NCBI GenBank assembly: GCA_964400365.1
Contig: CAYNTZ010000001.1
Span: 1 to 37,999, forward strand
Origin: an uncultured Planctomycetales bacterium
GTDB taxonomy: Bacteria > Omnitrophota > Gorgyraeia > Zapsychrales > Fredricksoniimonadaceae
Length of the DNA stretch: 37,999 nt
Direction: 5' to 3'
This document shows positions 1 to 9,445 of the stretch, piece by piece. A program made the position numbers and the translations under genes. Positions within the stretch are counted from its first letter, which is position 1. Every line of letters begins with the position of its first letter. Below the pieces are notes generated by a model. That model was not told the DNA's origin and searched no databases. It was given only the letters and a program-made list of their open reading frames with translations.

Positions 1-258
1 ATTCCAATTCATAAATTTATGTAAGCCCCCGGCATGTTCCATAATCTCAAGGCCAGGGCGTAAATATAAATGATAGGTATTAGACAACAGCACCTCAGAT
101 CCCATATCATTGATATCAACACTCGACATGGTCTTAACGGTCGCGGTCGTGGCCACCGGCATAAAGAAGGGCGACTGGATACTGCCATGCGGCGTGGCAA
201 TGATCCCTCGGCGGGCGTCGGTGTTGCTGTCTTTATTAATTAATTGAAAAAATTTCAT
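1..258 (-). CDS. tgt: Queuine tRNA-ribosyltransferase, N-terminal 86 codons (gene runs off the window at position 1)
   Basis: My own translation of the reverse complement of 1-258 is open throughout: [86 protein letters not shown]. This is a typical Tgt N-terminus. The ATG at 258-256 overlaps the queA stop as ATGA. The ORF track missed it because it is truncated. queA-tgt adjacency is a conserved synteny. Confidence 0.85.
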   Translation of the reverse strand, partial: MKFFQLINKDSNTDARRGIIATPHGSIQSPFFMPVATTATVKTMSSVDINDMGSEVLLSNTYHLYLRPGLEIMEHAGGLHKFMNWN

Positions 259-1307
259 AGGATTAACATGGCATCACCATAACTGTAGAAACGGTAACGC
301 TCCTTGATAGCCTCATTATACGCCTGCATCATTAATTCATAACCGCCAAAGGCACAAACCAACATCAATAAGGTGCTGCACGGCAGGTGAAAATTAGTAA
401 TCAAATGGTCAATGCGCTTAAATTCATAACCGGGATAAATAAAGATATCCGTCTCCCCGGCTAATTGGCCGCTGATCGCCGCTGATTCTAAAACCCTACA
501 GCTGGTTGTCCCAACCCCCACCACCCCAATCCCGCTAGCCCGAGCTTTAAGCACGTCTTGATAAATCGCCTCATTAATCACATAAGGCTCACTATGCATG
601 GGATGCTGGCGGATATCAGCGCTTTCAACGGGCTTAAATGTCCCATAATTAATATGTAAAGTCAACTCCAAAAATTTATCCCCACGCGCCTTCAAAGACG
701 CTATTAACTCCTCAGAGAAGTGCAACCCCGCTGTTGGTGCCGCCACCGACCCTGCTTGCTTGGCATAAACCGTTTGGTAATCTTCATGGTCACTGGCCTC
801 ATCGTCCCGATTAATATAAGGCGGTAAGGGGATATGCCCCACCTCCCTTAAATGGTCAAGGATATTGGGCTTATTAAAACGCACAATGCGCTTCTCCCGA
901 TCAACCAAGACCGCCTCAACCCCATGGCTAAAGGCCATCACTTCCCCCACCTTGATCTTTTTTAAAGGTCGTAACAAGGCTTCAAAAGAAACCCCATCAC
1001 CTTGTGCCTTTAATAAAAAAATCTCCACCTCACCGCCGGTCTTCACCTTATGCCCCAATAAACGCGCGGGGATAACCTTGCTGTTATTAACCACAAACAC
1101 CGACGGCGTTGGTAAATATTGGCCAAGATTGGCAAAAGTGTCATGAATGATGCCTTTAGTCTTACGGTCAATCACCATCAGCCTCGCCCCATCACGGCGA
1201 GACAGCGGGTATTGCGCGATTAAATCATCGGGCAAATCATAATGGTAGGCTCTTAAATCAAAAAGGCTATTGGGCTGTTGGTCTTGAGGCAAGCTCATGG
1301 TAATCAA
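255..1307 (-). CDS. queA: S-adenosylmethionine:tRNA ribosyltransferase-isomerase
   Basis: 350-aa ORF with full-length QueA-like sequence ([30 protein letters not shown]). The codon at 1307 is TTG, with AGGTG 9 nt upstream. An alternative ATG lies at 1298. It is followed by tgt. Confidence 0.92.
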   Translation of the reverse strand: MITMSLPQDQQPNSLFDLRAYHYDLPDDLIAQYPLSRRDGARLMVIDRKTKGIIHDTFANLGQYLPTPSVFVVNNSKVIPARLLGHKVKTGGEVEIFLLKAQGDGVSFEALLRPLKKIKVGEVMAFSHGVEAVLVDREKRIVRFNKPNILDHLREVGHIPLPPYINRDDEASDHEDYQTVYAKQAGSVAAPTAGLHFSEELIASLKARGDKFLELTLHINYGTFKPVESADIRQHPMHSEPYVINEAIYQDVLKARASGIGVVGVGTTSCRVLESAAISGQLAGETDIFIYPGYEFKRIDHLITNFHLPCSTLLMLVCAFGGYELMMQAYNEAIKERYRFYSYGDAMLIL

Positions 1308-2466
1308 TTAATGCGGCACCTGGATAATAATAACTCAATATTTGCTTATAGGTAAATTGCTGGGCAGACATGCCGCGCGCACCCCATTGGCACATGCCAA
1401 CCCCATGCCCCCACCCCTTACCAACGATATCAACATAATAACCCTGCATGATGATCTCATAATTATTACTCTTTAATAAATTAGGCCCCAAAACTTCCCT
1501 AAAATCCTTACCCTTCATGACTAATTGCTTTCCCTCACGGTCAGTAATCCTCAGCCTGTCAATGCGCTCAGAACGGTTACGGCTAATCACAGCAATATCT
1601 TTAATCAATCCTATCTTATACCCACGGCGGTTTAACGCATCCTGCACATCTTTTAGGCGAAAGTTACGCTTCCATTGCATGTGCGGAGAGTCTTGGCAGA
1701 AGTTACACGGCACACCCTTAAGCGGCCCTATACTATCCATATCCCACATCTGGCTGACCTCCTCCGTCATGCCAGCACAAGCCGCATGAAAATACGCAGG
1801 CAACACCTTTTTATTAAAAGACAAGACCTCACCCTCGGTACGGTCTACCGCCAACCCCGTACGGTAACGCTCCGACTCATGCCCACCATAAACTTGGGAA
1901 TAAATATCATTAGTCATATCAAATTCTTTATTTAAGCTATCCTTCATTGAATAGAGCGCATAGGTGCGGGTGGCGACAGCCTGCGCCTTTAACGCTTCCA
2001 TCGGCCAATGATGGGAAACCTCATGATACAAAACCCCTTTAACATAATCCTCAATATTAATGCCATTAACGGCAGTAATCCGGTTATCCTTGGTCCGAAC
2101 CAAGATTAGCTTCCCGCGAAAGCGTTTATTATTCAAGGTAATCGTGGCATCCTTGGCTGGCTCCACAATTAATTTTTGTACCGCATAGACATCCAGCCCC
2201 AGCAATATCCCCTTGTCAAGCAAACGCAACTTTACCTTAGGCAATCTGTTATCACGTTTTAAAACCTTGCCATTTGATTCATCCCGCAAGGTGTACGAAC
2301 CTGCAATAGCTATGGTTAATTCCCTGGCATCACGGGCCACCGCTACCCGCACCATCTTAGGCTTAAGTGCCTCTGCCTTAGACGGCGCTTTCTGGGCATT
2401 AGCGGTAAAAACCGTTGCCGTTAAAAGGGAAAACAAAAAGAATAATGTTAAAACTAATGGTCTCAT
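1267..2466 (-). CDS. SpoIID/LytB-domain protein (secreted peptidoglycan-remodelling lytic transglycosylase family)
   Basis: Contains motifs EALKAQAVATRTYALY, YFHAACAGMTE and GHGVGMCQWGA. The N-terminal signal peptide is MRPLVLTLFFLFSLLTATVFTANA. I trimmed the track ORF (TTG at 2520) to the ATG at 2466, which makes an ATGA overlap with the upstream DUF2905 stop. Confidence 0.85.
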   Translation of the reverse strand: MRPLVLTLFFLFSLLTATVFTANAQKAPSKAEALKPKMVRVAVARDARELTIAIAGSYTLRDESNGKVLKRDNRLPKVKLRLLDKGILLGLDVYAVQKLIVEPAKDATITLNNKRFRGKLILVRTKDNRITAVNGINIEDYVKGVLYHEVSHHWPMEALKAQAVATRTYALYSMKDSLNKEFDMTNDIYSQVYGGHESERYRTGLAVDRTEGEVLSFNKKVLPAYFHAACAGMTEEVSQMWDMDSIGPLKGVPCNFCQDSPHMQWKRNFRLKDVQDALNRRGYKIGLIKDIAVISRNRSERIDRLRITDREGKQLVMKGKDFREVLGPNLLKSNNYEIIMQGYYVDIVGKGWGHGVGMCQWGARGMSAQQFTYKQILSYYYPGAALIDYHELASRPTAQ

Positions 2467-2678
2467 TTTTTGGATAATAATTGCATAACAATGCTTAGAA
2501 TAATGCTTAATAAAATACAAGTCGCTAGAGGAAAATAAAAGGTAAAGTTGTCTTTTTTTATAAAGATATCACCAGGAAGCTTGCCCATGCCTGGAATCTT
2601 GCTGGCAACAAATAAACACGCACCAGTTAAGACTAAGAATACGCCTGCAATCATGACCCATTTAGCCATTTCCTGCAT
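2463..2678 (-). CDS. Small two-TM membrane protein, DUF2905-like
   Basis: 71 aa with two hydrophobic helices and a central GKLPGDIFIKKDNFTFYFPLATCILLSIILS motif typical of DUF2905. It lies 5 nt downstream of ruvB. Confidence 0.7.
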   Translation of the reverse strand: MQEMAKWVMIAGVFLVLTGACLFVASKIPGMGKLPGDIFIKKDNFTFYFPLATCILLSIILSIVMQLLSKK

Positions 2679-2683
2679 CTTAC

Positions 2684-3685
2684 CTATCCTTTAGCAGATA
2701 AATGATCAAAGGCTTCCTGGGTTAATTCCCTACCCCTAGAGGTGCGGCGCATAAAACCCACCTTTAATAAAAAAGGTTCCACCACATCAACCAAGGTATC
2801 AACTTCCTCGTTGAGGGTTGCAGCTAAAGCCTCAACCCCTACTGGCCCGCCATTATAATGAGTCTTTATTACAGTTAATAATTTACGGTCTAAATCATCC
2901 AGCCCAAAGGCATCAATACGCAAGGCCTTCATGGTTTCATTAACAACTGCGATATCGACATGGTTCTTACTACCCTTCACCTGCGCGTAATCACGGCAAC
3001 GGCGCAATAAGCGGTTAGCAATACGCGGGGTCCCACGGGCCCGGGCTGCAATCAACAAGGCCGCCTGGGGATCTAATTGCACGCTTAACTTAACAGCGGC
3101 AGCCGAAACAATGCGCGCCAAATCTGCATCTTCATAAAACTCTAAATGATAGAAAATACCAAAACGGTCTCTTAAGGGGGTCGTTAACAAACCACTTCGG
3201 GTAGTTGCACCAATCAAGGTAAATGGCTTTAAATTAAAATTGATGGTCTTGGCATACGGCCCCTTATCCACGATGAAATCAATCTTGAAATTTTCCATCG
3301 CCGGATAAAGAAACTCCTCTACCGACTTAGACAAACGATGGATCTCATCAATAAACAGGATATCGCCTTTTTCTAAATTGGTAAGGATACCGATAAAATC
3401 CCCTGGCCTGTCAATGGCTGGCCCTGAGGTCACCGTGATGCGCGCGCCCATTTCATTGGCAATAATATGTGACAAGGATGTCTTACCTAAACCCGGAGGG
3501 CCTGAAAATAAGGTGTGCTCTAAAGGTTCGCCACGCTGTTGGGCTGCCGCAATCGCCACCTGCAAACCTTTAACTAGATCAGCCTGACCTACAAAATCTG
3601 TCAGGCTTTCAGGGCGCAGGGATAAACTCACCACCTGATCTTCTTCAGTTTCCTGCGCTAGGACAAGGCGTTTAATTTCTTCCAT
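2684..3685 (-). CDS. ruvB: Holliday junction branch-migration ATPase RuvB
   Basis: 333 aa. Walker A is GPPGLGKTS, Walker B is LFIDEIHRL, and a RuvB C-terminal winged-helix region is present. Confidence 0.95.
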   Translation of the reverse strand: MEEIKRLVLAQETEEDQVVSLSLRPESLTDFVGQADLVKGLQVAIAAAQQRGEPLEHTLFSGPPGLGKTSLSHIIANEMGARITVTSGPAIDRPGDFIGILTNLEKGDILFIDEIHRLSKSVEEFLYPAMENFKIDFIVDKGPYAKTINFNLKPFTLIGATTRSGLLTTPLRDRFGIFYHLEFYEDADLARIVSAAAVKLSVQLDPQAALLIAARARGTPRIANRLLRRCRDYAQVKGSKNHVDIAVVNETMKALRIDAFGLDDLDRKLLTVIKTHYNGGPVGVEALAATLNEEVDTLVDVVEPFLLKVGFMRRTSRGRELTQEAFDHLSAKG

Positions 3686-3703
3686 AACTATCTCTTCTTA
3701 CTC

Positions 3704-4456
3704 TTATGCCGACGGGTTAGCATCTGTCGGCAACTCATGGGCCGTATTGCGGATAATCTCCACATCATCAAATTGATGACGCTGAACAGCAATGATTTCT
3801 TTTTGCCGGATAAGTTCCAGCATCGCACAGAAGGTGCAAATAGCTTCCACCTTATCATTACAACGGCGGAAAATTGCCATTAATGATAGTTGCGGCGTAT
3901 CAAGCAGCCAATGCAAGAGCGAATGGATTTGACCCTCAACGGAGAATTCTTCTTTTTGAATCTGATAATCTTTCTTTTCCGGAATATGCTGCAGCGCTGC
4001 TGATAAGGCATTAATCAAATCAAATAAGGTCGCCTCAATAAAAACCTCCTGGGCTTCTTCCTTAATTGCATTAAGCTTTTCTTCATCAACCGTACGCCCA
4101 AATAAATCCTGTCGATATAATTCCTTTTGCTTTAACTGCTCAGCCACAGCCTTAAATTGCTGATACTCCTCTAAACGGCGCACCAACTCACTGCGCGGGT
4201 CTTCTTGAGGGCCATCAGCCAATGGGTCTGGTGGAAGCAGCATACGCGATTTAATCTGCATTAAACTTGCTGCCATCACCAAAAAATCACCAACAATTTC
4301 AAGGTCTAACATCTTCATCATGTCAATGTATTCCAAATACTGCTCGGTAATCAAGGAGATCGGAATATCACAGATATCAATGTCGTTCTTTTTAATTAAG
4401 AAAAGCAATAAATCAAGCGGCCCCTCAAATTTATCTAAATGGATCTTATAGCTCAT
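3704..4456 (-). CDS. scpA: Segregation and condensation protein A (kleisin)
   Basis: 250 aa with the N-terminal FEGPLDLLLFLIKKNDIDICDIPISLITEQYL signature of ScpA. It has a 4-nt overlap with trpS. Confidence 0.88.
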   Translation of the reverse strand: MSYKIHLDKFEGPLDLLLFLIKKNDIDICDIPISLITEQYLEYIDMMKMLDLEIVGDFLVMAASLMQIKSRMLLPPDPLADGPQEDPRSELVRRLEEYQQFKAVAEQLKQKELYRQDLFGRTVDEEKLNAIKEEAQEVFIEATLFDLINALSAALQHIPEKKDYQIQKEEFSVEGQIHSLLHWLLDTPQLSLMAIFRRCNDKVEAICTFCAMLELIRQKEIIAVQRHQFDDVEIIRNTAHELPTDANPSA

Positions 4457-5433
4457 GAAAATACCGCCTCCTTAACTTCAACCATGGTGGCCTGGGCTAT
4501 GGCACGCGCCTTTTTAGCCCCGTCATTAAGAATATCTTGAACATAGTCCTTCTTGCCTGACAATGCTGCCCGCTTTTCACGGATAACACCTAGATGATCA
4601 ACTAAATGGCTCGCCAATATTTTCTTACAATCCATACAACCCTTTTGCGCTCCTTCGCACCATTGACGAACCTCCGGCTGAACTTGCGGGGCAAAGGTCT
4701 TGTAATAAGAAAAAACATTGCATTCATCCGGATGCCCCGCATCGATTTTCTTCAATCGCTTAGGGTCCGTAATCATCTTTAAGGCCTTGGCATTAATCTC
4801 ATCGACACTGTCTGACAAATTAATGGTATTGCCATAGCTTTTGCTCATCTTGCGGTTATCTAACCCTAAAAGCCTTGGGGTTTGAGTCAAGATGGCCTTA
4901 CAATCCGCGAACACTTCTTTTTTATACAGGAAATTAAAACGGCGGGCAATTTCACGGCATAATTCTAAATGAGGCAGTTGGTCCTCACCGATCGGTACAG
5001 CATCAGCCTTATATAATAAAATATCTGCGGCTTGTAAAACAGGATAACCTAAAAAGGCATAGGTCTGCAAATCGCGTGAGGTGATTTCCCGTAATTGTTC
5101 CTTATAGGTGGGGTTGCGCTCCAACCAACCTAAGGGGGTCAGGCAGGAAAGCATCATCTGCAATTCCAAATGCTCTTTTACATCGGACTGCACATAACAA
5201 ATGCTTTTATCAGGATCAATGCCACAAGCAATCCAGTCGGTGACCATGTCTATGATAAAGCTGCGCATCTCCTTAGGGTTTTCATACTCCCCCATCAGCG
5301 CATGCCAATCAGCGACGGCAAAGACACAACGGTATTCTTTTTGAAGCTCAACCCAATTATGCAAGGCGCCAAGCAGGTGACCTAGGTGCAGCTTGCCTGT
5401 TGGACGCATGGCAGAGAAAACGGTTTTTGACAT
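4453..5433 (-). CDS. trpS: Tryptophanyl-tRNA synthetase
   Basis: 326 aa class I aaRS. The HIGH-type motif is GKLHLGHLLG and KMSKS is present. Length and sequence are typical of bacterial TrpRS. Confidence 0.95.
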   Translation of the reverse strand: MSKTVFSAMRPTGKLHLGHLLGALHNWVELQKEYRCVFAVADWHALMGEYENPKEMRSFIIDMVTDWIACGIDPDKSICYVQSDVKEHLELQMMLSCLTPLGWLERNPTYKEQLREITSRDLQTYAFLGYPVLQAADILLYKADAVPIGEDQLPHLELCREIARRFNFLYKKEVFADCKAILTQTPRLLGLDNRKMSKSYGNTINLSDSVDEINAKALKMITDPKRLKKIDAGHPDECNVFSYYKTFAPQVQPEVRQWCEGAQKGCMDCKKILASHLVDHLGVIREKRAALSGKKDYVQDILNDGAKKARAIAQATMVEVKEAVFS

Positions 5434-5442
5434 ACCCTTCCC

Positions 5443-7881
5443 TTATAACCTACGCGCAATTGACTCAATATCAAACACTTCTAAGATATCACCAACCTGG
5501 ATAGCATCAAAATTAGCAATGGTAATGCCGCATTCAAAATTTTCCCCTACTTCTTTCACATCGTCCTTAAAACGCTTTAAACTGCTGATATGCGTCGTAT
5601 GCACCACCTGGCCATTACGTACAATTTCAACCTGGGCTTTGTTACGCACCTTGCCCTTTTGCACATAACACCCGGCAACCACACCCTTACTACTTAACTT
5701 AAATACATTGCGGATTTCCACCTTAGCCACAAAATGCCGCTTTAACCTAGGCGCCAATAAACCTTCCAAAGCCTTGCGCACATCTTCAACCGCGTCATAA
5801 ATAATGCGGTATTCGCGCACATCAACCAAGGTCTTTTCTAATTCCTGGCGAGCCTTCACATCCACAGAAACGTTAAATGCAATAATAATCGCATTTGACG
5901 CCTGCGCTAAAATAACATCGGAAGCGTTAACATCACCAACCCCCACATGCATGAAACGCAATTTGACTTCATTGGTCGGTATCTTATTTAAACTTTCTTT
6001 TAAGGCTTCAATTGAACCCTGCACATCTGATTTGATCAATACACGCACTTCTTTAATTTCACCTTGCTGAATCTGTGAATACAAATCTTCCAAGGAAACC
6101 TTGGCCGTGCCTGATAATTTCTCATGCTTAATCTTCTCTTGGCGCACCGCGGCAATTTCCTTTGCCTTACGCTCATCTTCAACAGCATAAAACATATCAC
6201 CCGCTCCAGGCACTTGAGAAAGCCCTAAAATCTCAACCGGCATAGATGGGCCAGCTTCCTTAATTGGGTTCTTCTTATCATCAAACATCGCCTTAATCTT
6301 ACCGGCAAAAGGCCCCACCACAATGGCGTCCCCTTCACGCAAGGTCCCGCTTTGCACAATTAAAGAAGCAACCGCCCCACGGCCCTTACTGATATGCGCT
6401 TCAATAACTATACCGGAAGCCTTTTTGTTAGGGTTTGCCCGCAACTCCAAAACTTCCGCCTCAAGCAGGATGCGTTCAAGCAATTCATCAATACCTTTAC
6501 CCGTTAAGGCAGAAACACCAACCACACCCACCTTACCGCCCCAATCTTCAGATAATAAATCATGTTCTGTTAACTGCTTCTTAACACGATCAGGATCGGC
6601 TGTCTTCTTATCAATCTTATTTAATGCCACAATAATCGGGACATTAGCCGCACGCGCATGGTCAAGGGCTTCTTGAGTTTGAGGCATCACCCCATCGTCA
6701 GCCGCAACAACGAAGACAACCACAGCGGTAATATGAGCTCCCCGCGCCCACATTGCAGTAAACGCCTCATGCCCTGGCGTATCCAAGAACGTAATAGTGC
6801 CTGTACTCGCCTTAACAGAATAAGCCCCGATATGCTGGGTTATCCCGCCATGCTCACCTTCCGCCACCTTAGCCGAACGGATACGGTCTAACAAGGATGT
6901 CTTACCATGATCAACATGCCCCATGAAGGTCACCACCGGTGCACGCGGCTTTAATGTCGCCGGGTCATCTTTTTCCTGCTGGTGAACATCAATCAATTTC
7001 TCTTCCTGAGTCTTAATCTTAATAACGTTAAAACCAAAACCTTCAGCCAACTTCTGGACTATCTCTTCACCTAGATTCTGGTTTACATTAGCAAAAATGC
7101 GCATATCCAATAATTTTTTTAACACAACATTCACCTTCTGGTTTACACAGACGGCAAAATCTTTTACGGATATCGGGACTTGAACTTCCAAATCCTGCAA
7201 CGGGCCCGCCACCACAGGCACAGGCATCACCGCAGAAGCAATGCTCGCCGAAGGCTGAGCATCACGCCCCCTCCCAAAACCACCGCCATCTTCAGGGCGA
7301 CGGCGCTTTTTAGCTAAGGGCTTAACCGCTTCAAAAGGAGGAATAATCTTATGGGACACCATCTGAATAACAGGAGCAGCTGGCGGCGCAGGAGGCACAA
7401 CCTTAGGCGCCTCAACCTTTACGGGAGGAGGAACAACACTTGGCTTAATCGGCGCAGCAACAGGAACAACTTTAGGTAATTCAACCTTAGGCAATTCCAT
7501 CTTAATTGGTGCAGCGGCTTGCGGTTTTGCAAGAATCTCTACCGGCTTGGCCTTAGGCGCATCATCAACATCATCCTTCTCCATCGCCGATGTTTTTTTC
7601 TTTACAACAACCTTCTTCTTAACAACCTTCTTTGCCGCAACTGGTTTATCCGCATCCGCCTTCTTAGGCGCAGATTTAGCTTTCTTAACTGCCTTCTTGG
7701 GCTCTTCAACCTCCACTACTTTCTTCCCGATACCTTCTTCAGCCAAGGCATCACGCAGGATCATTTCAACAACAGCCGTTATTTCACCGCCATCCTTAGC
7801 GCGTAATTTCAACGCCTTAATCTTATCCAAGATAAAGGTTTCAGTAATTTTTAATTCTTTAGCTAAATCTGCTATGCGCAT
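5443..7881 (-). CDS. infB: Translation initiation factor IF-2
   Basis: 812 aa. It has an IF2_N-like start (MRIADLAKELK), a Lys/Pro/Val-rich low-complexity linker, a GTPase domain (GHVDHGKTSLLD, DTPGH, NKID) and C-terminal IF2 domains. It follows nusA. Confidence 0.95.
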   Translation of the reverse strand: MRIADLAKELKITETFILDKIKALKLRAKDGGEITAVVEMILRDALAEEGIGKKVVEVEEPKKAVKKAKSAPKKADADKPVAAKKVVKKKVVVKKKTSAMEKDDVDDAPKAKPVEILAKPQAAAPIKMELPKVELPKVVPVAAPIKPSVVPPPVKVEAPKVVPPAPPAAPVIQMVSHKIIPPFEAVKPLAKKRRRPEDGGGFGRGRDAQPSASIASAVMPVPVVAGPLQDLEVQVPISVKDFAVCVNQKVNVVLKKLLDMRIFANVNQNLGEEIVQKLAEGFGFNVIKIKTQEEKLIDVHQQEKDDPATLKPRAPVVTFMGHVDHGKTSLLDRIRSAKVAEGEHGGITQHIGAYSVKASTGTITFLDTPGHEAFTAMWARGAHITAVVVFVVAADDGVMPQTQEALDHARAANVPIIVALNKIDKKTADPDRVKKQLTEHDLLSEDWGGKVGVVGVSALTGKGIDELLERILLEAEVLELRANPNKKASGIVIEAHISKGRGAVASLIVQSGTLREGDAIVVGPFAGKIKAMFDDKKNPIKEAGPSMPVEILGLSQVPGAGDMFYAVEDERKAKEIAAVRQEKIKHEKLSGTAKVSLEDLYSQIQQGEIKEVRVLIKSDVQGSIEALKESLNKIPTNEVKLRFMHVGVGDVNASDVILAQASNAIIIAFNVSVDVKARQELEKTLVDVREYRIIYDAVEDVRKALEGLLAPRLKRHFVAKVEIRNVFKLSSKGVVAGCYVQKGKVRNKAQVEIVRNGQVVHTTHISSLKRFKDDVKEVGENFECGITIANFDAIQVGDILEVFDIESIARRL

Positions 7882-7909
7882 AAATATCTTTCTTTTGAAC
7901 TAATATGTT

Positions 7910-8950
7910 TTACTCTTGCTCTTCTTGAGCCTCATCTTCATCAGCCACAGCAGTAGCGGCTTTCACATCTTCAACAGCAGCCCCCTGCTTGCCCTTTTGT
8001 TTTTCTTCCCATTGTTTAGCTGAATAGATGTCTAATTCCCAACCAACTAGTTTACTCGCTAAACGCACATTTTGTCCATATTTTCCGATAGCCAAGGACA
8101 ATTGGTCTTCATCAACGATTATATTGACACGCTTATCATCGGAAATCAATTGCATCTGTGCAATTTCTGCAGGAGACAAGGCCGCCTGGATGTATTCTTT
8201 GATATCATCGGAATAACGCACAATATCAATCTTTTCACCGTGCAGCTCAGTCACGATATTCTTAACCCGGCTGCCACGCATCCCAACGCACGCCCCCACA
8301 CAATCAATCTTTTCATCTTTAGAATAAACCGCAATCTTGGTGCGCTCACCAGGATCACGGGCGATGGCCTTAACTTCTATGATACCTTCATAAATCTCAG
8401 GCACTTCCAATTCAAACAAACGTTTTACAAAATGCGGATGGGCACGCGATAAGACAATCTGAGGACCACGATTTTCCTTGCGCACTTCCAGCACATAGGC
8501 ACGGATACGTTCGCCTTGACGAAATTCTTCCTTATTGCTTTGCTCACTCTTAGGTATTAACGCCTCGCATTTGCCTAAATCAACAATAATATTACCCCGC
8601 TCAAAACGGTACACCGCCCCTGAAATAATTTGACCGATACGCAGGTTATATTCATTAAAAACCACATCCTTCTCTGCTTCACGGATCTTTTGGATAACCA
8701 CCTGCTTGGCTGTTTGTGCGGCAATACGGCCGAATTCACTAGAATGGATTTCTTCGTCACCCGCCCAGGCGGTAATCTTGCCTGTCCGACGATCCAAAAC
8801 CACCTTAACGTCTTCTTCTTTATCAACCGTCCAAATCTTACGGGCAGCAGATGCCACAGCCGCTTCAACAGCCGCAATTAAAGTATCCTTATCAATACCC
8901 TTATCGCGCTCTAATTGTTCTAAGATTGTCATTAACTCACTGTTTTCCAT
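7910..8950 (-). CDS. nusA: Transcription termination/antitermination factor NusA (short form without AR1/AR2, acidic tail)
   Basis: 346 aa with N-terminal, S1 and two KH domains (IGKYGQNVRLASKL). It sits in the rimP-nusA-infB synteny. Confidence 0.95.
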   Translation of the reverse strand: MENSELMTILEQLERDKGIDKDTLIAAVEAAVASAARKIWTVDKEEDVKVVLDRRTGKITAWAGDEEIHSSEFGRIAAQTAKQVVIQKIREAEKDVVFNEYNLRIGQIISGAVYRFERGNIIVDLGKCEALIPKSEQSNKEEFRQGERIRAYVLEVRKENRGPQIVLSRAHPHFVKRLFELEVPEIYEGIIEVKAIARDPGERTKIAVYSKDEKIDCVGACVGMRGSRVKNIVTELHGEKIDIVRYSDDIKEYIQAALSPAEIAQMQLISDDKRVNIIVDEDQLSLAIGKYGQNVRLASKLVGWELDIYSAKQWEEKQKGKQGAAVEDVKAATAVADEDEAQEEQE

Positions 8951-8971
8951 GATTCTTCCTCTCTTCTTATG

Positions 8972-9445
8972 TTAAATAACCAACATCCCTCTAATAATAT
9001 TTGATAATGGGATAATAACGCGCTTATCCTTCTTCATCACAATCGTCACTGATTGATCATCAATGGCCGTTAAAATCCCCGCCAATCCCTTTTTCCCTTC
9101 CTGAGCTTCCTTCAATTCAACTTCAACCGCCGCATTTAAATTGCGGGCAAAATCTTTAAGCGTTATTAACGGCCTATCTAAACCAGGTGACGAGAACTCT
9201 AGGGAATAACAGTCCTCAGGAATAACCCCTGCGGCATCAATGGCGGCACTAATGGCTTTATTAAGTGTACAACATTCACCTATTAAAATGCCACCTGTTA
9301 ATTTATCTGCCGTTATTTGAATCAGGATGTCCCGCCTATGCTGGCCAACCTTTAATTCAATAAGATCAACACCCGCCTGCGCTAATAAAGGCTTAGCCAC
9401 CTCTAAAACGTGCTGAATAATTTTATCAACTGTTAACTCTGCCAT
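8972..9445 (-). CDS. rimP: Ribosome maturation factor RimP
   Basis: 157 aa with the EFSSPGLDRPL motif, immediately upstream of nusA. Confidence 0.85.
   Translation of the reverse strand: MAELTVDKIIQHVLEVAKPLLAQAGVDLIELKVGQHRRDILIQITADKLTGGILIGECCTLNKAISAAIDAAGVIPEDCYSLEFSSPGLDRPLITLKDFARNLNAAVEVELKEAQEGKKGLAGILTAIDDQSVTIVMKKDKRVIIPLSNIIRGMLVI

Noticed and set aside
9-200. 63-aa minus-strand ORF from the track
   Set aside because: It lies in a different frame over the clearly Tgt-like reading frame (1-258). Its Arg/Pro/Cys-rich composition is typical of an out-of-frame artefact.
7380-7700. Short tandem repeats (ELPKV-ELPKV, KKVV runs) in the infB linker as a repeat feature
   Set aside because: This is ordinary low-complexity Pro/Lys/Val linker sequence of the kind seen in IF-2 N-terminal regions, and it is in frame.
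8575-8877. Alternative-frame minus-strand ORFs inside genes. The set also includes 16466-16663, 21551-21820, 26088-26285 and 34765-34983.
   Set aside because: Each is embedded out of frame within nusA, the OmpA-like/coiled-coil genes, the aminotransferase, kdsD or the GT4-GT9 gene. I recognised no family for any of them.
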